Assembly: GCA_043228905.1 (NCBI GenBank)
Contig: JBHGNT010000016.1
Coordinates: 13,330,001-13,394,000, forward strand
DNA: 64,000 nucleotides
Direction of reading: 5' to 3'
Origin: Azolla caroliniana
Taxonomy: Eukaryota > Plantae > Polypodiophyta
Under the pieces are notes generated by a model. The model saw nothing but the letters and a program-made list of their open reading frames with translations, ran no database searches and had not been told where the DNA came from. This document shows, piece by piece, positions 51,201-64,000 of this stretch (position 1 is the stretch's first letter; every line of letters starts with the position of its first letter). The position numbers and the translations under genes were made by a program.

Positions 51201-54189
51201 TGCAACCATGCAAGAAGAGGCCGATTCGGCCAAGGACGAGGCGGATGAGGCAGACGATTTACGAAAACAACTGTCAATTACGGCAACAAGATGGAGGCCA
51301 TCGGGGAACCTTCGGAAGAAGGGGGAGCCACCATTCTGGTCCGAGCCGACAAACCTCAATCGAATGCGAATATTGCGGGAAAGTTGGCCACCACAAAGAA
51401 GAATGCCATAAGAAGATACGCGAGTCGGCTTCCACTAGCTCACAACTCACCAACTACGCCATCAACTCCGACTATGATGATCGCGGCGGAATGTTCGTGA
51501 TGAGACATAGCGAATTCTATGTTGGCCTCTACTTCTACTAATGCCTCCAGTTTGGAAGACGTATGGTTCGTCGATTTCGATGCCTCGAACCATATGACAT
51601 TGCATCAAGAATTGTTCCAAGAACTTCGAGAGTCGAACCGACCCGACTATGTCGAAACCGGAGATGATACTATGCACCCGATTTAGCACATCGACAATGT
51701 TCCGTTCGGAGAAGAAGGTAAGCAAACTTATATTCAAAATGTCTTGCATGTACCAACTATCATGAAGAATTTGGTCTCCGTCGGCCAAATTGTAGAGCCA
51801 GGAATGCAAGTACGATTTAATCCAGGCGGTTGCTTCATCGAAAAAGAGGGTTGCCTCATTGCATGCGGATGAAGAGAGGGCCGAATGTTCATTCTCGACT
51901 CAGACGAGATGAAATCGGCCATGTTCACAAAGGGCATGAATGCCGATTCCGACATAGAGTTATGGCACAAGCGGATTGGCCATATCAACCTCCAAAAGCT
52001 CAAGTCAATGCAATCGAAAGGAGTCGTCATTGGGCTCCCGACATTCACGGAGAAAGAGATTGAAGGCGTGTGTGCCGCTTGCCAATTCGGCAAGCAACAT
52101 CGGCACCCATTTCCGAAGGAGCGGAACGTGAGCAAAGGCATACTCAACGTAATTCATTCTGATGTATGGGGTTTGGCTCAAACGGCGACATTCTGCGGAT
52201 GCCAATACTACATGACCTTCATCGACGACTTCTCTAGGCACACTTGGATCTACCCGATCAGACAAAAGAGCGAAGTGTTCAGACCCTTCCAAAAATTTAA
52301 GAATGAAGTCAAGAAAGCCACGGGCCAACATGTACGATGTCTTCGGTCGAATGGAGGCAAGGAGTACTTCTTTGACGAATTTTCGGCGTTTCTACGGAAT
52401 GAAGGAATACGGCGAGAGTTTTCATGCCGACATACGCCACAACAAAATGGAGTGGCCGAACGCAAGAATCGGCACATCCTCGAAGTGGCACGGGCTATGC
52501 TTAACGAAAAGCACATGCCGAAATCGTATTGGGCGGAAACAGCTAACACGGCCGTCTATCTCATGAATCAGTGTACGACATCGGGTGTGCACGAACTTAC
52601 TCCGCACGAGTAGTTCTTCAGAAAAGAAGCCAGACCTATCACATGTTCGGATATTCGGCTCCTTTGCGTACGTGCACATCCCCGATCAGAAGTATCAAAA
52701 GCTTGACCTGAAATCTCGAGTAAGTCGAGACGTCGTTTTTGACGAGTCCGCATCTTGGTATGCACCAGAGATAACTTCGACTCTGATTCCACTCGACCCG
52801 GAATCCGCCGAACAAGAGATAGAGGATGAAGATCGCCTTATGCACATGTTCGAAGAAAGTCCGATCACGAACCGACTGAGCGAACCACAAGAGCCTTTGA
52901 GCGATCAAAGCACATCTCGACCAATTCTGAAGTTGGACAAAGGGAAGGCCAAAATGCCGGAGTATGAAGACGCTCATTTCGATGACAACAAATCGACTCA
53001 CTCCCTCGATCGTGAGTTCAAAGGCCTTGACCTCCTGACAAATGCAGTGAAGAAAGCCTTAGAATCTACAAACGAGAAGCTATGCCGATCCACCCGTGAA
53101 TAGAACCCCGTAAACTTCTTTGGCTACGATGAGTATATGGTGTACCATGACGCCTTTATGATGAAGGTCGCAACTATACGGGAGTCGGAAACGTTTTCCG
53201 AAGCCGCGAAAGACCCGCAATGGATCGAAGCAATGAACAAGGAGATGCATGCACTATGCAAGAATGACACATGGGATATCGTTCCCCAGTCACCGCATAG
53301 GAAGGCGATCGGATGTAGATGGATCTATAAGGTGAAGTATAATGCCGACGGCTTCGTCAACCGCTACAAAGCTCGACTCGTAGCGAAAGGATACCCACAA
53401 ACACATGGTGTCGACTACGAAGAGACCTTTGCCCCAGTGACAAAGATGACGATGGTGCGGACCATGATCGCACTTGCCGTGGCGGAAGGGTGGCACCTCC
53501 ACCAAATGGACGTAAAGAACGCCTTTCTTCAAGGTGAATTGGAAGAGCAGGTGTACATGGTTCAACCACCCAACTTCGAATCCAACATCCATCCGAACGT
53601 TGTATGTCAACTCAAGAAGCCTCTCTATGGCCTCAAGCAAGCACCACGTGCTTGGCATTCGAAGATTACGCAATATCTTCATCAAATTGGCTTTCGAATG
53701 TCGAAATCCGACAACTCCCTCTATGTACGAAATGAGTCTAAAAGCCCAATTTTCATCATTCTATACATGGATGATCTTGTTATTGGAGGTGAGAATTTAG
53801 TCGACATCAACAAGGTGAAGTCTCTCCTCCCAACAAATTCAAGATGACGGACATGAAGGAGCTACACTACTTCCTCAGCATCACAAGAGGGTTGTAGGCT
53901 TTTGCTTAAATTTCCAAATGCAAATATACATGGTGCAGAACAAATGCCATATGATGACCATAAAACATTGGCTCCACGTGGTTCAAAGGATGAGCAAAAG
54001 TTATATTAGATGTGATGCCTTGAAGAGAAAAAGAAAAATATTGAGTGCACCAAGAAGTATGATGGTGATCAGAATGTTGAATGGTGGGGTGCGTTTTTCA
54101 GCCATCAACATAATCTCTTGGATAACTACATTGCCGGATATTGGCCCCTCCAATAGCTGTTTACGTGGAATATTGGTTCACCATCAACG

Positions 54190-54846
54190 ATGTCCATGAA
54201 TCCTCATTTGTCAGCATATCATTCTGAACTCAATAATCTAGTTCACCCACGGCAAAGAGATATTTACGTGGGCCCAAGAATATCGCGTACAACAGAGGCA
54301 AGATGGCAAGGTAATTTGCATGAGCTAGAAGTGGGGATGTTCGTTGCAACTTTGGCTAAGGATGATGAGTTGAATCATCCTTTTCACACTACTAAAATCA
54401 TAGAAATAAAGAAGGATGACCAAGGCAATAAAGTTAAGTCTATTGTGTTTAATTGGTTTCACACATCATCCCCTAATGCATTTGTTGGTAAGTACTCTTT
54501 AGAGATGGTGAAGGATGTTGGAAGCACGAGTAAAAAGCGAAGAAGAAAGAATCTGCAAAGTATGTCTACTCTCACGCTGGATAACGTTGACATACTAGTG
54601 TATGACTTTTCCTTGACTAAAATAGGCCATCTAAGGCAGACCACCATCAAGATAATAAAAGAGAAGATTCCAAGTGCAGGTGCTGAAACGGCAAAAGGAC
54701 AAGCAAGGAGCATGTATGATAACCATGGAGAGGTTGGATTGCAATTGGATGAAGACAATGCATTTGTTGCAAGTAATGATGAGGATGAGACCTCAGAGAG
54801 CGTATGTAGTTCACCAAAAGGGTCTCCAGATGATGGCATAGACTAG
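54190..54846 (+). other. 218-aa ORF of unknown function, probably the C-terminal remnant of a DNA-transposon protein
   Basis: Open frame with globular beta-rich segment (LEVGMFVATLA..PFH..KIIEI..IVFNWF..GKY), basic KKRRRK motif and acidic tail; abuts truncated copia B. Confidence 0.4.
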
Positions 54847-55236
54847 GAAAGTGACGGTTTTTATACACTATTTGTAAACATTGTATTTTGATCAATATGT
54901 CGGATGAAGTATATATATAAATATAGGGGTTAATCATTTTGTACATTATTTTGTAAAATTGGCATATATAAATTACTTACATATATTTATATGACAATAT
55001 GTGGCATATATATTATATATGACATGGAAAATATTTTAATCACTTAGAATATTCTTCGTATTTAAAATAATCTGCAGATAATCGAAGTATTTTTAAAAAG
55101 GTAGAGTACTTTGCATACGTATTCTACATGGATTGTTTCCCATTACCAAAATTCCATGAAAGAAGCATCCAAATTTAATAGTGACAACCAGGATTCAGAG
55201 TTATCGTTCTTTAGGATTTACAGAGTTTTTTTCTTT

Positions 55237-55385
55237 AATTTGGGGGGAAAAGTTTTGAAGCATCTTGACCAGATGATCTGTTCGAATGTCATTCATCCAA
55301 TGTGTTCATTTCTATAATTTGGGGGAAATAATTTTGAAGCATCTTGACCAGATGATCTGTTAGAATGTCATTCATCCAATGTCTC
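55237..55385 (+). repeat. About 78-bp tandem duplication upstream of RLK3
   Basis: TAATTTGGGGG...AAGCATCTTGACCAGATGATCTGTT...CATCCAATGT occurs twice; single copy upstream of RLK1 and RLK2. Confidence 0.85.
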
Positions 55386-55517
55386 TATTTGTTTTGGGCC
55401 AATGATTTGTACTGCATGAGAGATAATGTGACCTAGCCCTTCTCCTCCCCAAATATTCATTCGATCCGTCTAGACAGACACACACCATTGATTGGGGATG
55501 CTTACTCTGAATCAGCC

Positions 55518-58500
55518 ATGGAAACTAAGCATTCTTCTTCTTCTTCTTCTGCTTCTTGTCATTACTATTGCACAGAGAAGCTCCTGACATTGATCACAGC
55601 CATGGCATGCTTACTAGTTGAGGCTTTCCTAATCACAACAATTCATGTTGCAGCCAACAGCACAGTCGGGAATTATTACTTCCCCTCCTCGAACTCCGAT
55701 GGCAATCTCTTCTCTTACTACAGAGACCCAGAATACAACTCCGACATTTCTGTATACAGCGATTTCCAGATATGTAACAATATATCACTTCTGCAAGCTC
55801 TGAATAATGAGAAGAGGCTGTACAGACGCGCCACCGACATCTACTCGGCCCACCGTCATGAATACCCTTACATTCTCTACTTTCAGCTCTTCTTGGTCAT
55901 CTCCACGGCCGAGTTCGGCACAAAAATAATGCCAGTACCCCATCTTACTACCTGTCTCTCTTGGCATATAAAGGCTACGGAAAGGCACAAGACCCAAACA
56001 AGGGGCCAGTCGTGTGGATGGCCAATGTGGACAACCCAGTCGGCGAGAACGCATGCCTGGAGCTCAATGCAGGCGACACCAATCTCAAGCTTGTGGACTA
56101 CGATAGGAACGGGTTGGATCGCATGGTTTGGCAGACCAATACATCCACCCCTGCCAATAATGCATCCCTCACCATTACATTTGAGGGAAACCTGGTCCTC
56201 TTCACGAATACTACCCTTACTAATGCCTCCATGTTGACACAAAACATACTGTAGCAATCTTATGAGCATCCCAGTGACACGCTCATGGTGCTGCAAGCTC
56301 TTCGGCCCGGGAATAATCTCACAGCATCCAGCGATAGTAACAAAACAGCCAACTACACGCTCGTGATTGGGCCTGCTGGAAATTTTTCCCTCCATGTGAA
56401 GATCGGGTATCAATCCCTCTATAGCCATACATCTAATAATAGTACTGTAAATTACACCAGCTATGAATATCCTTATTGGGTTTGGACTCCTAATGACATG
56501 TCCATCGGAGATACTGTGGTGCTGTGCTGGTACCTGAGCATCAAAAGCCGTCTTCAATTGGATATCCTTCCATCCGCGAATGGGTTAGTTAATAATGAAT
56601 AATAATGAGTTCTGGAATGTGCACCATATAATTATCTACATGAATTGCTGACACATGTTTCAAATTCGCAATATATATATATGTATATAGATCCCTAGTT
56701 TTGAACTACACCCAAATCTCTCCGGATGATTGCCGTTCGCAATCTCAACAATCCAAAGCATTTGTATTCAAGGATGAAGGAAGTGAGGATGAAGCCAATA
56801 GCTTGAACATAACATATGCCACATTCCTCAGGCTGGAAAGTGATGGAGACCTTCATGCCTACACACTCAATGACACCAGATATCCGAATAGCACCGCGGT
56901 TTGGAGGAACTTCTCCAGTCTCTTCTCGATGAATCCATGCAAATTGCCTTTCTTCTGCGGATTCTACGGTGTGTGCCAAGAAGAGTTCCAAAATTGCTCT
57001 TGGGATTGTGGAGGATCACATACATTTGTGCTACAGGATTCCACAAACCCTAAATCAGGATGTAAGCTCAAGGATGATAGTAAATTGATGGAACCCAACA
57101 GTACTACCCTGTCTGATGCACCAGTACATTATTCTACGAATTTTTCAGTCATACATGGGGCCCATTACTTCTCCAACACTTTCCGGTCACCTTACCAGAG
57201 CAGTATTTCTGCAGAAAACTGCAGGGAGATCTGTAAGGGCCGTGGCTCTTGCACGGCCGCATTCTGGCAGTCAGCAACAGGAGTTCTTGCTTCCTCATTC
57301 AAGGTCCTGTTGCCACCATTATAGTAGTGAATGCTTCTGCAAGTAAAGAATTTCAGGCATTCTTGAAAGTCATAGACATCCCTACTCCAACCTCACCCTC
57401 ATCTCTATTCATCCGAGTAGGACTACCAGTATTAGGCGCCATCACAGTTATGGCCATACTGGTGGCTGGATATCTGTGCAGGAGAAGAAGACAACAAGCC
57501 AGGAAACTGGAAGATCATAACGACATGGAAGCTGAGCTGCTGGGTGCCTCGCTTCAAGGGTCGAAGCCCCGTCGGTTCACATGGAAAGAGATGGATGAAA
57601 ACACGTGTGGCTTCTCAGACCAGCTGGGGCGTGGTGGCTTCGGCAAAGTCTTCCAGGGGACTATAGCCGATGGCACGCCCATAGCCGTGAAGGAACTCAA
57701 TAATGAAGGCCAACAGGGTAACAAAGAGTTCATCGCCGAGGTCTCGATTCTCGGCCGGACTCACCACCTTCACCTTGTTCGGTTGATCGGCTTCTGTTTC
57801 GAAGGTACAATGCACAAGCTCCTCGTATATGAATACATGGAAAAGGGATCCTTGGATGCTTGGATCTTCAGTAAGACCCCCAAAGATAGGTCAGAGAGCG
57901 GCGAGATTAAGGAGAATAACCGGCGGCCCGTCTTGACTTGGGAGAGGCGATTCGACATTGCCTTGGGTACTGCCAAAGGCTTGGCATACTTGCACGAAGA
58001 GTGTGAGGACAGGGTCATACACATGGATCTCAAGCCGGAGAACATACTGCTAGGAGCTGATTTCTTCCTAAAGATTTCGGATTTTGGGTTGTCCCGAAGA
58101 GTGGTAAGGGGGAAAGAGAGCGCGGTCATGACCATGGCGAAAGGGACCTGGGGATACTTGGCACCCGAGTGGCTAACCGAGGGGGGGGTGACTGTGAAGT
58201 GCGATGTGTACAGTTATGGGATCGTGCTCCTCGAGATCGTGAACAGGAGAAGAGTGACAGATTGGAGAGCATTGAGGCATACGCTGGACATGAGCCGGAA
58301 TCTGTGCGAGGGAGTGATGGAGCTCGTGGACGAGAGGCTCATGAGCTATGGCGTGGGTGGGGCGAAGAAGAAGACGTACGATGAGAAGCAAGCCGTGAGG
58401 ATGGTGGAGGTAGCCATGATGTGCGTGCGAACTGATCCTGGGAGCCGGCCGAGCATGAGGAGAGTGATGCACATGTTGGAAAGGAAGGTGGAGGCTATAG

Positions 58501-58817
58501 CCCTGCATCAGGCCCCCATTAGTAAGGATTATCAAGAGATGGGGCTCTTAATTCCTAGCAAGAAGATGAAGGATGGAGTAGAGCTAGAGCAAGAGCAGTA
58601 CAGGCATCATTTCTCCAAAATTCAATGGCTCAATGAGTCTTCGGGTTCCGGATCAGGCACCACCTCCATTACTATGATGGGCAGGACGAGGAAATCGATA
58701 TTCAGTGGCAAGACCTCATACAGTTATACGGAGATCTCGACTTCCAGACGAATTCCTGGATTCACTAGATCCAGGTCATACATAGAGAATGAGCAAACAA
58801 TAAGATGTAAAACATGA
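55518..58817 (+). pseudogene. G-type lectin S-receptor-like kinase paralog 3 (RLK3)
   Basis: ATG 55518; frameshift at about 55925; TGG>TAG at 56252-56254 in L*QSYEHP; intron 56584-56690; second frameshift at about 57275; TM and kinase (HMDLKPEN) uninterrupted. Confidence 0.92.
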
Positions 58818-59624
58818 GTGTCATTATCAGCATGGGCCATTCAATAAAAAGCTAGTGGTGCCCGTTCCACTCCAGCCACTAGCTAATCTCTTTCTTTCAT
58901 AGCTTCTCTTCTAGAATGTTGTAATAAATGCACGTCCTGACATTGATGACCCCCCAAATGCACTTGGTGTGATTTAAAGGCTCGCTTGGAACTCTTGCTT
59001 CATATTGAGGACACATTTAAGCATGTTAGAACATTATTAATGTAAGCATATACATATATATTAGGATATTAGAAAATACTTTGCCATGAATAAAGAACCA
59101 TGAAGGTTCACATGTATCTGTTTTATTTCCAAAACCATAGTATGTAAAACGAATGCGTGTTCATCTGCCATAACATTCATTTTCCTACGTTGGAAAACGA
59201 ATGCGAATGTTATTTAGACATTCTTGTGTTTTTTTTTGTTTTTTTCCATTTTTTAGGCTTATTTACCTCATAATAAATAGTTAATCCAAAAGTATGTTAT
59301 TTATCATTCTTTGAGGGTGTTTTTCTTACGCGAATGATTGAAACATTCGTGAATGGGAATGCAAGTATGGTACGCATGGTTCATACTATGTCGACTAGAA
59401 CCATGAAGGTTCACATGTAACTATTTTATTTCAATAACCGTGAAGGTTTATATGTAACTGTTTTCCCAAGATTGTACCAGTATATATACCATCAATAAGA
59501 ATCATCATGTTAGGACGTTTTTATGCATACAAGCTTTGTTATCTAAAGTACTTACATGGTATTAGAGCCAAAACAATCCTTGATATCACATATATATATA
59601 TATATATATATTAGGATATTCGAA

Positions 59625-59752
59625 AATTTATGATAAGTATGATGATCAAATTTATAATCAGTATGATCACAAAATTTATGATAAGTATAATGACAAAGTT
59701 TATAATAAGTATGATGATTTTCTCACACAAATTTATAATAAGTATGATGATT
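59625..59752. repeat. Minisatellite AAATTTATRATAAGTATGATGA, about 5 copies
   Basis: Direct inspection. Confidence 0.8.
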
Positions 59753-59759
59753 AATATCA

Positions 59760-60013
59760 ATAAAAAATGGTTTGGTTTGGTTTAGTTTTGATTTATGATA
59801 AACTGGATTGGTTTGGTTTTAATTTTTTCATAAACGGTTTGGTTTCTCCTATTCGTTAAACGATTTGGTTTAATGGTTTATAGCTCTAAACGATTCGGTT
59901 TAAATGGCTTCATAAATTTTAAATTGTTTGGTTCGGTTTTTATTATTAATAAATGGTTTGGTTTGGTTTGGTTTCAATGCCAAGAAACCAAACCGAATCG
60001 GACCCCATTGCTA
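59760..60013. mobile_element. Right half of a hAT-type MITE related to 30987-31451
   Basis: GGTTT arrays ending in AAACCGAATCGGACCCCATTGCTA. Confidence 0.75.
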
Positions 60014-60856
60014 ATATCACTTTTCTCTCCAAGCATTCTATACAAGTCGATCCGGAAGGTTTGAAGAAATGGCTTCAAGTGAAGGAACATCAATGGCCTC
60101 AACAGCAACATCGACAACATCTACCACCAGAAAGTATTTAATCGAAAACTTAAACAAAAACAACTACAAGATGAGGAAATTAAAGATGGAAATCATCATA
60201 CAACGAGTAGACCTACATAGAATACTCAAAGGTTAGATCAAACAACCAACCACAAAACCTAAAGTAACAGAATGGAAGATGGAAGATGAAAGATGTGGAT
60301 GCAAGGATTGAAATCATCATGCATCTAACAGATAGACAAGTCTATCTTGTCAAACACCTTGAGTCATCGAAAGAAATGTGGGATCTTCTTAAAGAACACC
60401 ATGAACCATCAGATTGAACTACAAAAGTCCTTTCATTTCGTTACCACGTCACTTTGGAAATGAATGAAGATGACTCACTTGACACTTTCATTAGATAATA
60501 TCAATTTGCATATGATAGAGCAATTTCAATGGGCAACAAGATTGATGAAGAAATAAAGGTAGATATCATGTTTGGAGCCTTACAACTTCATGAGGCCCAT
60601 TTATAGGGATCCATGGGGCTAATTCAACACTTTCTCCATAAAATCTTATCTCGAAGATGAAGCAAGAAGGTCTTCGAAGAAGAAAGCCTAAAAATGTCTT
60701 AGACAATCCACACATGGTAATGATTGTTGTGATGAAGTATCAGAGAGTTAATTTTAATAGAAACAAATTCCAAAACAATAATAAGTACACAAAGAACATG
60801 GTACCAATTATACATGATGAAAGCAAGATCCAGAATAAAAAATCAAGTGCCCTTAG

Positions 60857-63800
60857 TGTAAATAATCAAGAGTGATTCTATACAGCGAAAGGACTATGTG
60901 TGTGTGTGTATGTGCACGTGAGACAAGAGAGAGAGAATGAGAGAGAGAACTATAACAAGAAACTGTATATTACATCCAATAGAAACTAAGTTACAAAAAG
61001 GTTGGTTTAAGTACCAACTAGGCTAGGCCAAATGCCCTTTCAACTATTTACAAAACTAGCTTGGTATGTCCATGAGCTTGTGTGAAACCTATTTCTATGG
61101 GAAGTTGAGTTCGACTCTCAGCACGCTCCTTCGAGCACAACTTCCATCTGTCAAAAAGTTGTTTTGGTTCGGTCTTCGGAGTCTGGCTTCCGGCTTTCGT
61201 AATCCTCGAACTGGATTGTTTCGTTTTTTGGCTTTGTGCCATCATGCTTCGACTAGTCTGGTCGGCTTCGATCAACTGATCGGCTACTTCCATGTCAGCT
61301 GCTTATCGGTTTCTTCCGTATCAGTTGTTGTACTCCCCCTCAAGCTTTGCAATGTAGAGATTGTGAGTCTGACCGAGGTCTGATGCAAATTGCCCAAGCT
61401 TATCAACTCCCAAGACCTTCGTAAAGTTGTCAGCAATTTGAAGGTTTGTACTGATGTGTTCGAGATCTATTTCGTCGGCCTGAATGCACTCACGAATGAA
61501 GTGGTAGTGCACTTCGATGTGTTTAGTCCGCGCGTGGAATACGGGGTTCCGAGCAAGGTAGATGTTGCTCATGTTGTCGTAGAAGAGGTGAATTGGACCT
61601 GTAATGGGAACACCTAGGTCCTTCAAGGTGCATTTGAGCGAGATAGCTTTGCATGCGGTGACTACCGCGCCCCTGTATTCGGCCTCCGTGCTTGACAATG
61701 CGACTATCGGTTGTTTCTTGCTATTCTAGGAGATCTCTCCGCTGCCCAATGAGAAGACAAATCCAAAAGTGGATCATCTATCGGCCATATAACCGGCCCA
61801 GTCTACGTATGTGTACCCTTCGAGTCGAATAAGCGTATCCGACTTATACATGATGCCATAATCCATCGTCGTACTAACATACCGAAATATCCTCTTAGTG
61901 CAATCAATATGATCATTTTGTGGGTTCTGCATGAATTGGCTAAGTAGGCTGACTGAATAGCATAGATCAGATCGTGTGATGGTTAGATAAATTAGGTTGC
62001 CTATCAGTTGTTGATACTGAGTTGGATCGCACTCGGTTGTGCCCGAATCGACATGAAGCTTGAGATTTCGGTCAAGAGGAGTAGCCACAGGTTTGCACTC
62101 GGTCATTCTGAACTTGTATTGTAAGTTGAGAATGTAGTGCCATTGAGAGATCAATATCTCGACTGGTGTTCGAATTACTTCGATACCAAGAAAGTAATGG
62201 AACTCGTGCAGGTCCTTCATTTCGAATCTGTCAGATCAGAGGGATTTGACCTTAATGATCCCGGCTAGATCTTTTCATCCGATTACTAAATCATCCACGT
62301 AAAGGATAATGACAATTAGGTTGTGCGGTTCGTTTCGGATGTACAAGGAGTTGTCAGATTTCGACATTGGAAAGCCAATTTGGTGAAGATACTGAGTGAT
62401 CTTGGAATGCCAAGCACACGGTGCTTGCTTGAGGCCGTAGATCGGCTTCTTGAGTCAGCACACGACTTTCGGTTGAGTACGCGATTCGAAGCCAGGCGGT
62501 TGTATCATGTACACCTCCTCTTCTAATTCACCTCGTACAAAGGCGTTCTTTACGTCCATCTGGTGGAGACGCCACACCTTCGCAGCTACGAGTGCAATTA
62601 CAGTCCGCACAGTTGTCATCTTTGCCACCAGGGCAATGGTCTCCTCCTAATTGACTCTGTGCGTTTGTGCATATCCTTTGGCGATGAGTCGTGCTTTGAA
62701 GCGATTTACGATGCCATCGGCATTGTATTTGACCTTATAGATCCATCTGCAACCAATCGCTTTCCTGTGAGGTGAATGGGGAACAAGATCCCATGTCTCA
62801 TTTTTGCACAAGGCTTGCATTTCTTCGTTCATCACGTCGACCCATCGCAGGTCCTTCACGGCTTCAGAAAGTGTTTCCGGCTCCCGTGCAGTCGCCACCT
62901 TCATCATAAACGCGTAATGGTACGCCATGTACCCATTGTAGCCAAATCGGCTTATGGGGTTCTTTTCACGGGTGGACCGGCATAGATTCTCGTTCGCGGA
63001 GAGGAATGATTTCTTCACTCCATTCGTCTAGAAGGTAGGGATGTCTAGGTCTTCAAACTCACTATCAAGGGAGTGAGTTGACGCAATGTCGATTGGATCT
63101 TCGTATTCAAACATCTTGGCCTTCCCTTTGTCGAGTTTCGGACTCGGCCGAAATGTGCTTTGGTCACTCGGGGGCTCCTGTGGTCCACTAAACCATGTCG
63201 TAATCGGGCTTTCTTCGAACATGGGCGTGAGCCAATGTTCTTCTTCTATCTCCATTTCGGCGGATTCCGGGTCGAGCGGAGTCAAAGTCGAAGTTGTTTC
63301 AGGTGCGTACCAGGATGCGGACTCGTCGAAAACGACATCTCGACTTATTCGAGCTTTTCGGTAGATGGGTTGCAGCATTTGTACCCCTTCTGTTCGAGCG
63401 AGTACCCTACGAGGATACATTTCTCCGACTTCGGGTTGAGCTTTTGTCGCGTTTCATCGGGAATATGCACGTAGTCGATTGAGCCGAAAATCTAGACATG
63501 TGATAAATCTGGCTTCTTTCCAAAAAACCTCTCATGAGCGGTTACGTCGTGTACCCCAGAGGTTCTACACATGCTCATAAGATATACGGCCATGTTCACC
63601 ACTTCTACCCAGTACGATTTCGGTAGGTCCTTCGCATTCATCATTGCCCGTGCAACTTCTACGATGTGCCAATTCTTCTGTTCGACTACACCATTTTGCT
63701 GAGGTGTATGGCGACACGAAAATTCTCGTCATATTCCTTCCTTTCGGAGATATGCCGTAAACTCGTCCGAGAAATATTCTTTGCCTCCATCAGATCGGAG

Positions 63801-64000
63801 GCATCATACGTGCCGGCCCATGGTTTTTTCGACTTCGTTTTTGAACCTTTGGAAGTGGCCGAACACTTCCCTCTTCTGTTTCATCGGGTAGAGCCAGGTA
63901 TGCTTGGAGAAGTCGTCGATGAACGTGACATAATATTGGCAACCACCGACTATTATTGTTGGGCTGGTCCCCACACATCTAAATGTACTACATCCAAGAT
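60857..64000 (-). mobile_element. Copia E, 3' part (LTR 60857-61123, 3' UTR, RNase H, RT, integrase); runs off the window
   Basis: Minus-strand NPVFHARTKHIEVHYHF, YVDD, ETWDLVP and integrase pieces; LTR ends match the family (TGCTGAGAGTCGAACTCAAC...TTTACA). Confidence 0.92.

Larger units (their letters stand above)
37553..53883 (+). mobile_element. Copia B, split by copia C; own sequence 37553-38265 and 50636-53883; 3' truncated
   Basis: LTR 37553-38020; PBS TGGTATCAGAGC at 38021; gag NNFASWEY|KMHQY continues after 50636; integrase ORF 51885-52613; RT ORF 53137-53847; no 3' LTR. Confidence 0.92.
59557..60850 (+). mobile_element. Old copia remnant: PBS plus decayed gag, interrupted by a minisatellite and a MITE end
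   Basis: CA|TGGTATTAGAGCC at 59555-59569; gag-like LNKNNYKM..KME and HLESSKEMWDLLKE. Confidence 0.65.

Overview
Eukaryotic land-plant nuclear DNA, probably a bryophyte (inferred from the retroelement types). It is TE-dense and shows many C>T/G>A decay stops. The gene content is a dispersed three-copy cluster of G-type-lectin (S-domain) non-RD receptor kinases, all on +. The middle copy (27204-30421, one intron) appears intact. The first copy has a frameshifting deletion and a catalytic D>H change. The third has two frameshifts and a stop. Between them lie a complete decayed Ty1/copia (40-5819, TSD CTTCT), a Gypsy solo LTR, LINE, Gypsy and copia remnants, hAT-type MITEs and a duplicated intron-containing kinesin motor-domain fragment. 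There is also a deep nest: copia > copia > copia (TSD GTACA) > Gypsy > 170 bp of mitochondrial-type LSU rRNA. The most unusual signals are in the Gypsy family: a slippery site plus pseudoknot (-1 frameshift candidate) between protease and RT, a tRNA-Lys-like Pol III cassette in every LTR, a tRNA-Trp PBS, apparent 4-bp TSDs and a hypervariable LTR site holding the rRNA piece. The copia elements share a covarying hairpin enclosing the PPT/LTR junction. All calls are by eye; no searches were run.
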